A stretch of 64,000 nt of DNA from a virus (taxonomy: Duplodnaviria > Caudoviricetes). The notes below the pieces were generated by a model. That model saw nothing but the letters and a program-made list of their open reading frames with translations, had not been told where the DNA came from and searched no databases. The stretch spans positions 1 to 64,000 of the IMG/VR virus record IMGVR_UViG_2931642416_000001; one strand, written 5' to 3'. Positions 37,546 to 46,900 of the stretch are shown one piece after another. Each line of letters starts with the position of its first letter. The stretch's first letter is position 1. The translations under genes and the position numbers were made by a program.

Positions 37546-37908
37546 ATGGCTACCAACCGCGTGTTCGAGCACGGCCACCAGTTCGAGGCCAACGTCTCTG
37601 CCGTCACCGGCACCGGCGCCGGCGGCAAGGTGCTGTCCGGTGACCCCGTCGTCATCGGCCAGCTTCCGGCCGTCGCCCTCACCACCGAGGACGCCGACGG
37701 CATGGCCACCATCCAGACCGACGGCGTCTTCAACCTGCCGGTCAAGGGCGAAACCACCACCAACGCCGCCGTCAGCGTCGGCGACATCGTCTACTTCGAC
37801 AGCGACAAGCTCAACAAGGACAACACCAACGGCGTCCGATTCGGCTACGCGCTGGAGGCCGTCTCCAGCGGTGCGACGACTCGTATCCGCGTCAAGGTCG
37901 GCTACTGA
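37546..37908 (+). CDS. DUF2190-like capsid decoration/cement protein
   Basis: SGDPVVIG...GVFNLP...VGDIVYFD. Confidence 0.75.
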   Translation: MATNRVFEHGHQFEANVSAVTGTGAGGKVLSGDPVVIGQLPAVALTTEDADGMATIQTDGVFNLPVKGETTTNAAVSVGDIVYFDSDKLNKDNTNGVRFGYALEAVSSGATTRIRVKVGY

Positions 37909-37931
37909 GGCCGGGAAGGACTACCACCACC

Positions 37932-39122
37932 ATGACCGATCTGACGACCCTGCCGGACGAGGGCACCCGTCCCGCCGCAGAGGCCACCCCGGCGTGGCTG
38001 AAGGAAGGCGCCGGGCAGGGCATTCGTAGCCTGCGCGCCCGCCGCCAGGCCGACCCGAACTACGGGGGCAGGCTGGTGGAAGCGGCCCGCCTCTACCAGC
38101 GGGCTTGCCATGGCGACCGCAGAGCCCTGATCGACTTCGAGGAGGCGATGACCACCAGCGACTTCGGTCTGCTGTTCGCTGACATCCTCGACAAGCAGCT
38201 GCTGGGCGCCTACCAGGACTGGCCGTCCACGTGGCAGATGTACACGCGCCGCGGCACTGTGCGCGACTTCCGGCCGGTCAAGAGGTTCGCCCTTGACGGC
38301 GCGGCGTCCACCCTGGACGAGGTGCCGGAGCGCGGCGAGTACCCCGAGGCTGCGCTGATCGCATCCGAGTACGAGTACCGCGTCACCAAGCGGGGCCGCC
38401 GCCTCGACTGGACGTGGGAGATGCGCGTCAACGACGACCTGGACGCCTTCCGCGAGCTTCCGATCATCCTGGGGCGTGCGGCGAAGATGACCGAGGACAA
38501 GTTCGTCACCGGGCTGTACGCCAGTGCGAGCGGCCCGAACAGCACGTTCTTCTCCGCCGGGCACGGCAACGTCGTCACCGGCAACCCTGCGCTGTCCGTC
38601 GAGGCGCTTGAAGTCGCCATGACGGTGCTGGCGTCGCAGCGAGACAGCGACGGCAATCCCATCTTCATCGACAACCTCGTGCTTGTTGTCCCGCCTGCGC
38701 TTGAGGTCGTGGCCAACAACATCCTCAACGCTGTGCAGATCGACGCCGCGACTGGCGGCGGCGATGGCACGGGCCACAACCAGTTGCGCGTCAACAACTG
38801 GCTCGCCCGGCGCGTCAGCGTGGTCGTGAATCCGTGGCTGCCGATCGTCTCGGCCACTGCCAACGGCAACACTTCGTGGTATCTGATCGCCCAGACCATG
38901 GCCGGGAGGCCGGCGATGGAGGTCGGTTTCCTGCGCGGCTACGAGCAGCCGCAGGTGTTCGTTAAGGCCCCCGACTCGCTGCGCGTTGGCGGCGGGATGG
39001 CCGCAGTGGAGGACGGCGACTTCGAGACCGACGCCATCCGCCACAAGGTGCGCCACGTCCTGGGCGGCGTCCTGATGGACTACAAGATGGCCGTCGCCTC
39101 GAACGGCACCGGCACGCCGTGA
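37932..39122 (+). CDS. Major capsid protein (Mu gpT-like)
   Basis: TTSDFGLLF, DFRPVK, VNDDLDAF, LVVPPALE, EVGFLRG. Confidence 0.85.
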   Translation: MTDLTTLPDEGTRPAAEATPAWLKEGAGQGIRSLRARRQADPNYGGRLVEAARLYQRACHGDRRALIDFEEAMTTSDFGLLFADILDKQLLGAYQDWPSTWQMYTRRGTVRDFRPVKRFALDGAASTLDEVPERGEYPEAALIASEYEYRVTKRGRRLDWTWEMRVNDDLDAFRELPIILGRAAKMTEDKFVTGLYASASGPNSTFFSAGHGNVVTGNPALSVEALEVAMTVLASQRDSDGNPIFIDNLVLVVPPALEVVANNILNAVQIDAATGGGDGTGHNQLRVNNWLARRVSVVVNPWLPIVSATANGNTSWYLIAQTMAGRPAMEVGFLRGYEQPQVFVKAPDSLRVGGGMAAVEDGDFETDAIRHKVRHVLGGVLMDYKMAVASNGTGTP

Positions 39123-39349
39123 GCCTGCCGCAGCCGCGCAACGCCACGGAGACGTACCTGGCTGCGATTAACGACCGGCTCGGCGAAATCCTCGACCGGC
39201 TCCCCGCACGCACGCAGGAGCCGGACGAGGGGCAGGTCGAGCTGCGAGAGCCGGCCACGCCGAACTCTGACAGCGACAAGCCCGCGGAACTGGCTGAGCC
39301 AACACCGCGGGCGCCTCGCAGACGAACGAAGAAGACAGGAGGGGCCTGA
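39119..39349 (+). CDS. Hypothetical virion-region protein
   Basis: Coupled ORF. Confidence 0.5.
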   Translation: MSLPQPRNATETYLAAINDRLGEILDRLPARTQEPDEGQVELREPATPNSDSDKPAELAEPTPRAPRRRTKKTGGA

Positions 39350-39684
39350 TGGGCACCACCGCCAAGGGCGTGGCCGGCGGCCTCGCCAGCCTGAACGCGT
39401 CGGGCCGTGTTCCGGCGTCGCAGAAGATGCTCACTGCCACGGCGACGCTGGACTTCGCGTCCATCGCCGCGGGCGCTGTGGGCACGCTGACCGCTACCGT
39501 GACCGGCGCCGCGACGGGCGACTTTGTGATCGTCGCTCCGCCCGGCAACCTGACCGCCGGCCTGGTGCACTCGGCCTTCGTGTCCGCGGCGAACACGGTG
39601 ACGGTCCGGATCATCAACGGCACCGCAGGCGCTGTCGACCCGGCGTCCGCTTCGTGGGGTATCGCCGTCATCCCCGCCTCCTAG
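39349..39684 (+). CDS. Head decoration/fibre-like protein
   Basis: LDFASIAAG...VTGAATGDFV...VSAANTVTVR. Confidence 0.6.
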   Translation: MGTTAKGVAGGLASLNASGRVPASQKMLTATATLDFASIAAGAVGTLTATVTGAATGDFVIVAPPGNLTAGLVHSAFVSAANTVTVRIINGTAGAVDPASASWGIAVIPAS

Positions 39685-39694
39685 GAGGTGCCGG

Positions 39695-40051
39695 ATGGCG
39701 ATCGACTACACCACCGACCGAGGCCGGGTCAGGCTGCTCATCCCTGATGTGGACGAGGCCAACCTGCTGCTCGCCGACGACCAGATCGACGCCTTCCTCT
39801 CGCTGGAAGGCTCAGTCAAACTGGCCGCTGCCCAAGCCTTGGACGCGATCGCCTCCTCCGAAGCGCTCGTGTCCAAGGCCATTCGCACGCAGGATCTGCA
39901 GACGGACGGGCCGAAGGTTGCTGCCGAGCTACGCGCACGAGCGTCAGAGCTTCGCCGTCAGGTCGACGAAGGCGTCGGCGACGACTCGGTGGGATTCGAC
40001 ATCGTCGACTTCGACCCGTACACCGGCTACCTCGGGTACGAGCCCTGCTGA
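39695..40051 (+). CDS. Head-tail adaptor
   Basis: RVRLLIPD...DDQIDAFL; position. Confidence 0.7.
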   Translation: MAIDYTTDRGRVRLLIPDVDEANLLLADDQIDAFLSLEGSVKLAAAQALDAIASSEALVSKAIRTQDLQTDGPKVAAELRARASELRRQVDEGVGDDSVGFDIVDFDPYTGYLGYEPC

Positions 40052-40062
40052 GAGGAGGCTGC

Positions 40063-40494
40063 ATGTCTCCTCTCGCAGGCCACCAGCCGATCGCGGCCAG
40101 GTGGTCCGAGCATCACAGGCCGGTTGCCACTGGTTCCCAGACGGGCCGCTGCACCATCACGCGGCCCGGCGTCGGGGAAGGCACAACCGACCCAGACGGA
40201 ACCTGGCATCCACCTGCGGCAACGACGGTCTATTCGGGGCCATGCAGGATCACCGCGCCGTCCCCATCGTCGATCGTCGTGGTGGGGGAGCAGCAGACAG
40301 CCGTTGCCTCGTACGAGGTCGCGATCGAGTGGGACGCGGCCGAGGTCCTAGAACACGATCTCGTCACCCTGGACAGCGCCCCGGACCCGGCGATCGTCGG
40401 CAAGCAGCTCATCGTCACCGATATTGCGTATGCGACCGAACGATTCGAGCGGGTCCTGCGCGCGAAACTCAACCTCAGCGAACCGGAGGCGTGA
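40063..40494 (+). CDS. Head-closure (DUF6093-like) protein
   Basis: CTITRP...VYSGPCRI. Confidence 0.65.
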   Translation: MSPLAGHQPIAARWSEHHRPVATGSQTGRCTITRPGVGEGTTDPDGTWHPPAATTVYSGPCRITAPSPSSIVVVGEQQTAVASYEVAIEWDAAEVLEHDLVTLDSAPDPAIVGKQLIVTDIAYATERFERVLRAKLNLSEPEA

Positions 40495-40934
40495 TGGGCT
40501 GGGACGTCTCCGAAGTCGACGGCCTGATCAAGCACATCGCTGCGGCACCCCCGAAGGCGGAAGCGCTCACTCGTGTCGTGGTCAAGAAGATCGCCTTCGA
40601 TACCGTTGCCGGCGCACAGGGCCTCGTACCCGTCGACACCGGAAACCTGAAGAACACGATCGGCCAGGACTTCGACGACGACGGCATGGGCTTCGAGGCA
40701 GGCCCGACCGCCAACTATGGCGCCGACGTCGAGTACGGCACACAGCCGCACGAGATCCGACCCCGAGACGCCAAGGCCCTGCACTGGGTCGACAGCGAAG
40801 GCCAGGACATGTTCCGCCGCCGCGTCTGGCATCCCGGAACCGAGCCTCAGCCGTACATGCGGCCCGCGTTCGAGAAGGCCACAGCGCCGATCGACGACGT
40901 GATGTCACAGGTGGGGAAGAAGGCCCTCGAATGA
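40494..40934 (+). CDS. HK97 gp10-like tail component
   Basis: PVDTGNLK, YGADVEYGT, QPYMRPA. Confidence 0.85.
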   Translation: MGWDVSEVDGLIKHIAAAPPKAEALTRVVVKKIAFDTVAGAQGLVPVDTGNLKNTIGQDFDDDGMGFEAGPTANYGADVEYGTQPHEIRPRDAKALHWVDSEGQDMFRRRVWHPGTEPQPYMRPAFEKATAPIDDVMSQVGKKALE

Positions 40935-41365
40935 TCCCTGTCGCGCCGTCGACTCCGCACACCGATGCCGTGGTGGAAGCCATTGCCGCGATCCCCATGC
41001 TGGTCGACCGGGCCAAACTGCCATCAGGGGCGGGATGGCAGGGCACCCCGGGATCGTCAAGCTTCGTCCGGTACGCGGTCGTCTATCCGTTCCCTGGCAC
41101 GCCTGAAGGCAACACGGCCGAACCGTACGAGTACCTGAACTATCAGGCGCAGATCAGCATCTTCGGTGCGACAGCAACCCAGGCCGAACGCGGGTTCGAC
41201 GACGTGAATGCCGCCCTGATCGGCCGGCGCCTGGACGTCGCCGGGCGGTCCACTTACCCGGTCCAGGCACCCCCTGGTCAGAGGCCGTTGAGGCGGGACG
41301 ACTCCCTGCCGACGCCTGTGTATATGGCGGTCGTGGAGATCCAGTTCAAGTCTCAGCCCGCCTGA
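40931..41365 (+). CDS. Tail terminator
   Basis: Position and size. Confidence 0.6.
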   Translation: MIPVAPSTPHTDAVVEAIAAIPMLVDRAKLPSGAGWQGTPGSSSFVRYAVVYPFPGTPEGNTAEPYEYLNYQAQISIFGATATQAERGFDDVNAALIGRRLDVAGRSTYPVQAPPGQRPLRRDDSLPTPVYMAVVEIQFKSQPA

Positions 41366-41437
41366 CCCCATCCCGTAATTCGTAGCCCGACACCGGCAGG
41401 TGCACGGGCTCTTCGGCATGCCCGAAAGGAGCCCGTA

Positions 41438-41770
41438 GTGGCTACCCGCACAGCTCAGGCGGTCACCGTCGCTGGTGTCACGCCCACCTACAACGCCGCG
41501 ACGGCGACGACCGGAGACAAGGTGAAGGCCGGACCTCGCAACTGGGTCCACTACAAGAACGGCTCCGGTGCCGGTATCACCGCCACCGTGTCCGGTGTCG
41601 GTCAGACCTCCTACGGGGTGGATCAGCCCGACAAGGTCTACAACATCGCTGCTGGCGCGGAACTGCTGATTCCGCTGCTTCCCGAGTTCGGCGACCCGGA
41701 CGACAACGGGCTGGCCACGATCATCTGCTCGTCCGTCACCAGCGTGACGTTCGCGGCGCTGCGGATCTGA
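41438..41770 (+). CDS. Virion structural protein
   Basis: AAGGAG RBS; beta-rich sequence. Confidence 0.55.
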   Translation: MATRTAQAVTVAGVTPTYNAATATTGDKVKAGPRNWVHYKNGSGAGITATVSGVGQTSYGVDQPDKVYNIAAGAELLIPLLPEFGDPDDNGLATIICSSVTSVTFAALRI

Positions 41771-41771
41771 C

Positions 41772-41984
41772 ATGCCGCGCAACCGGATCAAGGTCCGATC
41801 TAAGACGACGGGCCTCACCGCAGAGATCGCCGCAGAGGCGCTCGACCACTTCCCCGACTACGAGCCCGTCGAAGCTGCGCCGGAAGCGGTGTTCGTCGAG
41901 CCTGACCTCCCGCCTGCAGAGGCGGTCGAGACCCCCAAGACTTCGCGCCGCAGCACGGCGGCCAAGACCACTGAAGAGGAGTGA
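41772..41984 (+). CDS. Hypothetical protein
   Basis: Coupled ORF. Confidence 0.5.
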   Translation: MPRNRIKVRSKTTGLTAEIAAEALDHFPDYEPVEAAPEAVFVEPDLPPAEAVETPKTSRRSTAAKTTEEE

Positions 41985-41987
41985 CCC

Positions 41988-42473
41988 ATGGCTGCCGACC
42001 TTCTGGGCGACGGCAACGTCAAGGTGACGTTCTGCCTGACGATCGCGAACATCTCCGCGCCGACCGCGGCCGAGTGCAATGCGGGCGTGGACCTGCAGGA
42101 GTACATCACCAAGGACGGGCTCGGCATCAGCCCCGAGCAGGCCGCGGTGGACAACACCGCCCTGGCTTCGCGGGACGAGACCGAGGACGCCGGTTCGGTG
42201 AAGTACTCGATCGAGCTGACTGTGAAGCGGAAGGAAGTCTCCGCCGAGGACATCGGCTGGAACACCCTCACCGACCGGACGCTCGGCTATCTCGTCGTCC
42301 GCCGCAACATGGCGCACGAGACCGCCTACGCTGCCGGCCAGCACGTCGAGGTGTACCCGGTCCGGTGCGGCCGGCCGAACATGCAGCCGCCGGAGCTGAA
42401 CGCGGCGCAGCGGTTCGTGACGAAGATGTTCAACCACTCCACCTCCGACCCGGACGCGCTGGTGGCGGCATAG
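41988..42473 (+). CDS. Major tail (tube) protein
   Basis: IANISAPTAAECNAGVDL...GYLVVRR...VEVYPV. Confidence 0.8.
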   Translation: MAADLLGDGNVKVTFCLTIANISAPTAAECNAGVDLQEYITKDGLGISPEQAAVDNTALASRDETEDAGSVKYSIELTVKRKEVSAEDIGWNTLTDRTLGYLVVRRNMAHETAYAAGQHVEVYPVRCGRPNMQPPELNAAQRFVTKMFNHSTSDPDALVAA

Positions 42474-42994
42474 TGCAGAGCATCGACGACATCCTCGGGC
42501 AGATCCGTCTGCCCGAGCGTAGCTACCAGCTCTGCGTACGGCCGGACCTTCAGGCCCAGTGGGAGCAGGCCGAAGCGGAACTGGAGGCTGCCCAACGCGG
42601 CGACTCCGGCTCTCTCGCCGGCGTCAGCGCCGCGGCCAAGGCGGCTGCAAAGAGGGTGCAGCAGATCGAGGCGGAGATGGCCGAGCACACGGTCCCCATC
42701 ACGCTGCGCGCTCTCACCCACAAAGCGTGGTCTGATCTGATCGCTGCGCACCCGCCCAGGGAGGACTCTGACGACGGGCTGTGGAACGCTGAGACGTTCA
42801 GCCGGGCGCTGCTTGCGGCGTGCGCGGTCGACCCGGAGATGAGTGTCGAACAGGCCACATCGTTGGTTGATCGTCTGCCGCTCGGCCAGTGGAACGGCCT
42901 GCAGGCGATGCTGTTCGACCTGAACGCGTCCGGTGTCGACCTCCCAAAATCCAGGCGAGCCTTCGAGATTCTCCGGAACTCGCGGAAGAAGTAG
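42473..42994 (+). CDS. Tail assembly chaperone (gpG-like)
   Basis: Between major tail and tape measure; slippery site near the 3' end. Confidence 0.75.
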   Translation: MQSIDDILGQIRLPERSYQLCVRPDLQAQWEQAEAELEAAQRGDSGSLAGVSAAAKAAAKRVQQIEAEMAEHTVPITLRALTHKAWSDLIAAHPPREDSDDGLWNAETFSRALLAACAVDPEMSVEQATSLVDRLPLGQWNGLQAMLFDLNASGVDLPKSRRAFEILRNSRKK

Positions 42995-43362
42995 CACTCG
43001 CCGCCGCGTACGGGGTGCCGCGGTCGATCCTGCTCGGTCGGCAGCGCAAGTCTGTGATCGAGCGGGAGTACGACGAGAAGGGGCGCCTGGTTCGCGAGGT
43101 GCTGACTCACGATGCTGAGTGGCTGGAAGAGGATCTCGCCTACGCTAAGGCGCACCGGCGGAACAAGCTGGACGAGTGCCCTGCTTGCGGGCTCCCTCTC
43201 TCAGAGACGACCGATCCTGAGAATGAGGGGATGTACGAGGCTCCGCCCCCGATGCGGTGCCACGCCTGCACTCCTCTGGAGCACAGGAAGAACGAGTACA
43301 GAGAGTCCCCTCCGGGGCTGCTGTTCCGCGTCTACCTGAAGGTTCGGTCGGCCCTCAGATAG
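42943..43362 (+). CDS. Tail assembly chaperone -1 frameshift extension (gpGT-like)
   Basis: C CCA AAA at 42943-42949 leads into the -1 frame PKIQASLRD...CPACG...CHAC. Confidence 0.72.
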   Translation, partial: PKIQASLRDSPELAEEVALAAAYGVPRSILLGRQRKSVIEREYDEKGRLVREVLTHDAEWLEEDLAYAKAHRRNKLDECPACGLPLSETTDPENEGMYEAPPPMRCHACTPLEHRKNEYRESPPGLLFRVYLKVRSALR

Positions 43363-43786
43363 AGCGCAACATCGCGTGCATGATGGCGCCCAGCACGATC
43401 CCGCCGAGGCTAAGGATCATGCCTGCGATGGAGAGGGGCCGGTTGTTGGCGGTCCCGATTCGTGCCTTCGTGAGCCCCACCCCGGAGAAGATCACGCCCA
43501 CGACGGCGAGCAAGATGCCGATCCGGGCGAGCAGCATGGTCAGGTCGCACACCACGGCCAGGATGCCGACGATCAGCCCCACGAGCCCTGCCCAGTTGTG
43601 GGTTGTGGGGGCTGGCATTGGGGGCCGGTAGCCGGGGGGCGGACCCTGCCACTGCTGCTGCTGTGGCTGTGGGGCGTACAGGCCCCCGCCTGGGTTGGGC
43701 GGCTGCTGCGGGTATTGCCCGTACGGCTGTGACGGCTGCTGCGGATACGGCTGGCCGTACTGGTCGTGAGGGCCGGGGTGCGCCAT
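43355..43786 (-). CDS. DUF4190-like membrane protein (P/Q-rich N-terminus)
   Basis: CAGGAG RBS; GLVGLIVGIL...GMILSLGG; antisense within the tail operon. Confidence 0.75.
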   Translation of the reverse strand: MAHPGPHDQYGQPYPQQPSQPYGQYPQQPPNPGGGLYAPQPQQQQWQGPPPGYRPPMPAPTTHNWAGLVGLIVGILAVVCDLTMLLARIGILLAVVGVIFSGVGLTKARIGTANNRPLSIAGMILSLGGIVLGAIMHAMLRSI

Positions 43787-43921
43787 GTGGGGCTCCTGAG
43801 GGAGTAGGGGTGCGCGCGTAAGACGCGCCGACAGCGGGTGCGGTTTGCACCGTTACACGACAGGACCGCTCAAGTCCTGCAATCGCGCAATTTCGGGCTC
43901 CAGGGCGGAGGTGACTCCGCC

Positions 43922-46900
43922 GTGGCCGACCGCACCGTAACCGTCCGCCTCGATGCCGACGTCAAGCCGTACATGTCGGCGCTGGCCAAGGCAGAGGCGG
44001 CGACGAAGCGCCTGCGGGACGCCATGTCAGGCGACCTCAAGGTTGACGCCGACACCCGTGCGGCGACGGCGCAGATTCAGGCGCTGCAGCGCGAGGTAGA
44101 CCGTCTCTCTGGCAAGAGGACCACTGTCTCCGCTGACGCGGATACGGCGCGGGCGCAGGCGGAGTTGGACGAGCTTCGGCGACGCCTGGACGAGCTCAAT
44201 GTCCGCCGCGTGATGAATGTGGACCTGGACGACGGGGCTGCCCGGTCGGAGCTTGGCTCGATCCAGCGGGATCTGGAGAGGCTGAACGCCACCAGCGCCG
44301 ATCCCAAGGTTCGTGTGGACTCTGCGGCTGCGCTGGCGCAGGTGCGCACGATCCAGTCGGAGATGGCACGGGTCGATGGCCGGTCGGCCAAGGTCAAGGT
44401 CGACGCTGACGTGAGCGGAGCCCTCCGCAACATCGCGATCGTCGCCGCGGCACTGGCGAGCCTGCCGTCTGCAGTGTCCATCGGTGTGGGCGTGGCGGGC
44501 TTGGGCGCGGCGTTCGGTGCGGCTGCTGCTGGCGCGGCAGGATTCGCCGCAGTTGCAGTGCCTGGGATCTCTCGGGTGACGGATGCGCTCAAGCAGGCCG
44601 AGACGGCTGGCGGCGGTGCCGGCGGCGCGATGAAGAGTGCCGCCCAGAAGGCCGCCGAGGCGGCGTCCGCTGCGCTGCGGCTGGCCGAGGCGCAGGACCG
44701 GGTCACCGACAGTGCCCAGGCGGTTAAGAGTGCTCAGCAGGCCGTACGGGACGCCATGGCCGGCGTTCGGTCCGCCCAGCAGGACGCGGCTCGGGCGGCA
44801 GAGGACGCCGCTGACCGGCAGGCTCAAGCGGCCGCTCGCATCGCCGACGCGGAGCGCTCTGTCCAGGACGCTCACCGCGCCACCCAGCGGGCGATCGAGG
44901 ACCTCACGCGGGCACGTGAGAGGGCCCAAGAGCGAATCGAGGACCTTGCTCTGGCGACGGAGCGCGGGGCTCTCTCGGAGGAGAGGGCTCAGCTCAGCAT
45001 CCGCCGAGCGCGGGCCGAGCTGCAGCGCATCCTGAACGATCCCAAGGCGTCCGCGCTGGATAAGGAAGACGCCGCGCTCCGGCTGCGAGAGGCCGAACTG
45101 TCTCTGCGCGAGATCCAGGAGCGCAACGGAGACCTCGCCAAAGAGCGCGAGGAAGCCGACCGGAAAGGCGTCGAAGGCTCAGACGAAGTCGTCGCAGCCA
45201 AGGAGCGGATTCTCGACGCCCAGCAGCGTGAGGCGGACGCTGAGCGGGCTCTCGCGGACGCTCGGGCGGAGTCGGCGCGTGCCGCCCGCGACGGGGCACG
45301 TGATGTCGCCGATGCGAACACTCGCGTCGCTGACGCTCAGCGGAAGGTGGCCGACGCCCAGCAGGCGCTGGTTAAGGCCCAGCGTGACCACCTGAGGGCC
45401 GTTCAGGCGCTCAAGGTTGAGCAACTCCAGCAGAAGGCTGCCCTGGAGCAGACTGGCGGCGCTGCTGGTGGGGCCGCGTCGAAGATGGCGGAGCTGTCGG
45501 CGGAGGAGAAGAAGCTCGCTGCGGCGATCAAGTCGTTCCAGGAGGACTACCTCGCCTGGCAGAGGTCGCTACAGCCGGACGTTTTCTCTGTCATTGAGAA
45601 GGGGCTCGACGTCCTCCGGGTCGGCATGGACCGGGCAACGCCGCTGGTCAAGGGAGGAGCAGCAGGTCTCGACCGGTTTGCCGACTCCGCGAAGAAGGCG
45701 CTGGAGTCCAAGGAATGGACCAACTTCTTCGACGACCTCGGACGACGGGCCCCCGACGCAATCGCCGGCCTCGGCAACGCCGCCATCAACGTGGCAGGCG
45801 GGCTGCGCGGCATCGTCGAGGGGTTCCTGCCCTACACGGGGCCCCTGACGGACTGGGTGGAGTCCATCACCCAGGACTTCGAGGACTGGGGGACCAACCT
45901 CAAGGACAGCCCCGAGTTCAAGGAGTTCCTGGCCTACGCCGCCGAGCAAGGGCCGAAGGTCGCAGAGATCGTCAGGAACATCGCCGAATTCATCGGCAAC
46001 GTGGCTGCAGCCGGCGGCCAGCTTGGGCCTGGCGTTCTCGACTTCTTCGTGTCCTTGTCGGAGAAGCTGGCCTCTCTGCAACCTGCTCAGGTCGAAGCCA
46101 TCGCGAAGGGTGTAGCGGCGATCTTCACGGCTGCCAAGCTGGGCACCACGCTCAAGCTCGGCGGGTTCGTGCTCCTCGCTGACGTGCTGTCCAAGATGAG
46201 TCCCGGCCAGATTCAGGCTCTCGCGATTGCCATCGTTGCGACTGTCAGCGCCGTGAAGGGCTACCAAGCCGTGACAGGCGCGGTCGAGTGGTGGCAGACC
46301 CTGTCCGGCAGCCTTGACAAGGCGGGCAAGTCTGCGGAGGGTGCCAAGGGCAGGTTCTCTGGCCTGTCGGGGACGCTCAAGGCCGGCGGCATGGCGGCGG
46401 TCCTGGCTGCTGTGGCGGTCGTCGCGGACAAGGTCGGCGATGCCCTTTCCGGCCTGAACCCGGACATCGATGGACTCGCCAAGCAGATGGCGAGCCTCGC
46501 GCAGCAGAGTCGGCCGGCCGCCGCTCAGCTCAACGTGTTCGGGTCGAACCTGGACACGCTGGCTGGCGACATGGCCCGATCTGGCACTTGGTTTGCGCCG
46601 GTGGTGGGCCAGTTCGAGTCCTTGGGGGACACGGTTGGTCGTCTGACGAGCAGTAACCCGTTCGCGCAGCTCACCACCGAGGTGGCGTCCATGGCGTCGT
46701 CCGTCACGGGCGACCTGTACAGCATGGACACGGGTCGGCAGAGGCTGGAGAACTTCGACAAGACCCTCACCCAGATGGTGCAGAGCGGCAACAGCAAGCA
46801 GGCCGCGGCTCTGTTCAACGAGCTTGCCAAGCAGGCTGGGCTCGCTGGCGGGGACGTGGACAAGCTGCGGGCTTTGCTGCCTGGCTACAGCTCGGCTGCT

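Noticed and set aside
43620-43770. CTG/GGCTG short repeats
   Set aside because: Explained by the P/Q/Y-rich N-terminus of the DUF4190-like protein on the minus strand.
44600-45500. Repetitive Ala/Arg/Gln-rich sequence in the tape measure gene
   Set aside because: Ordinary coiled-coil periodicity of tape measure proteins.
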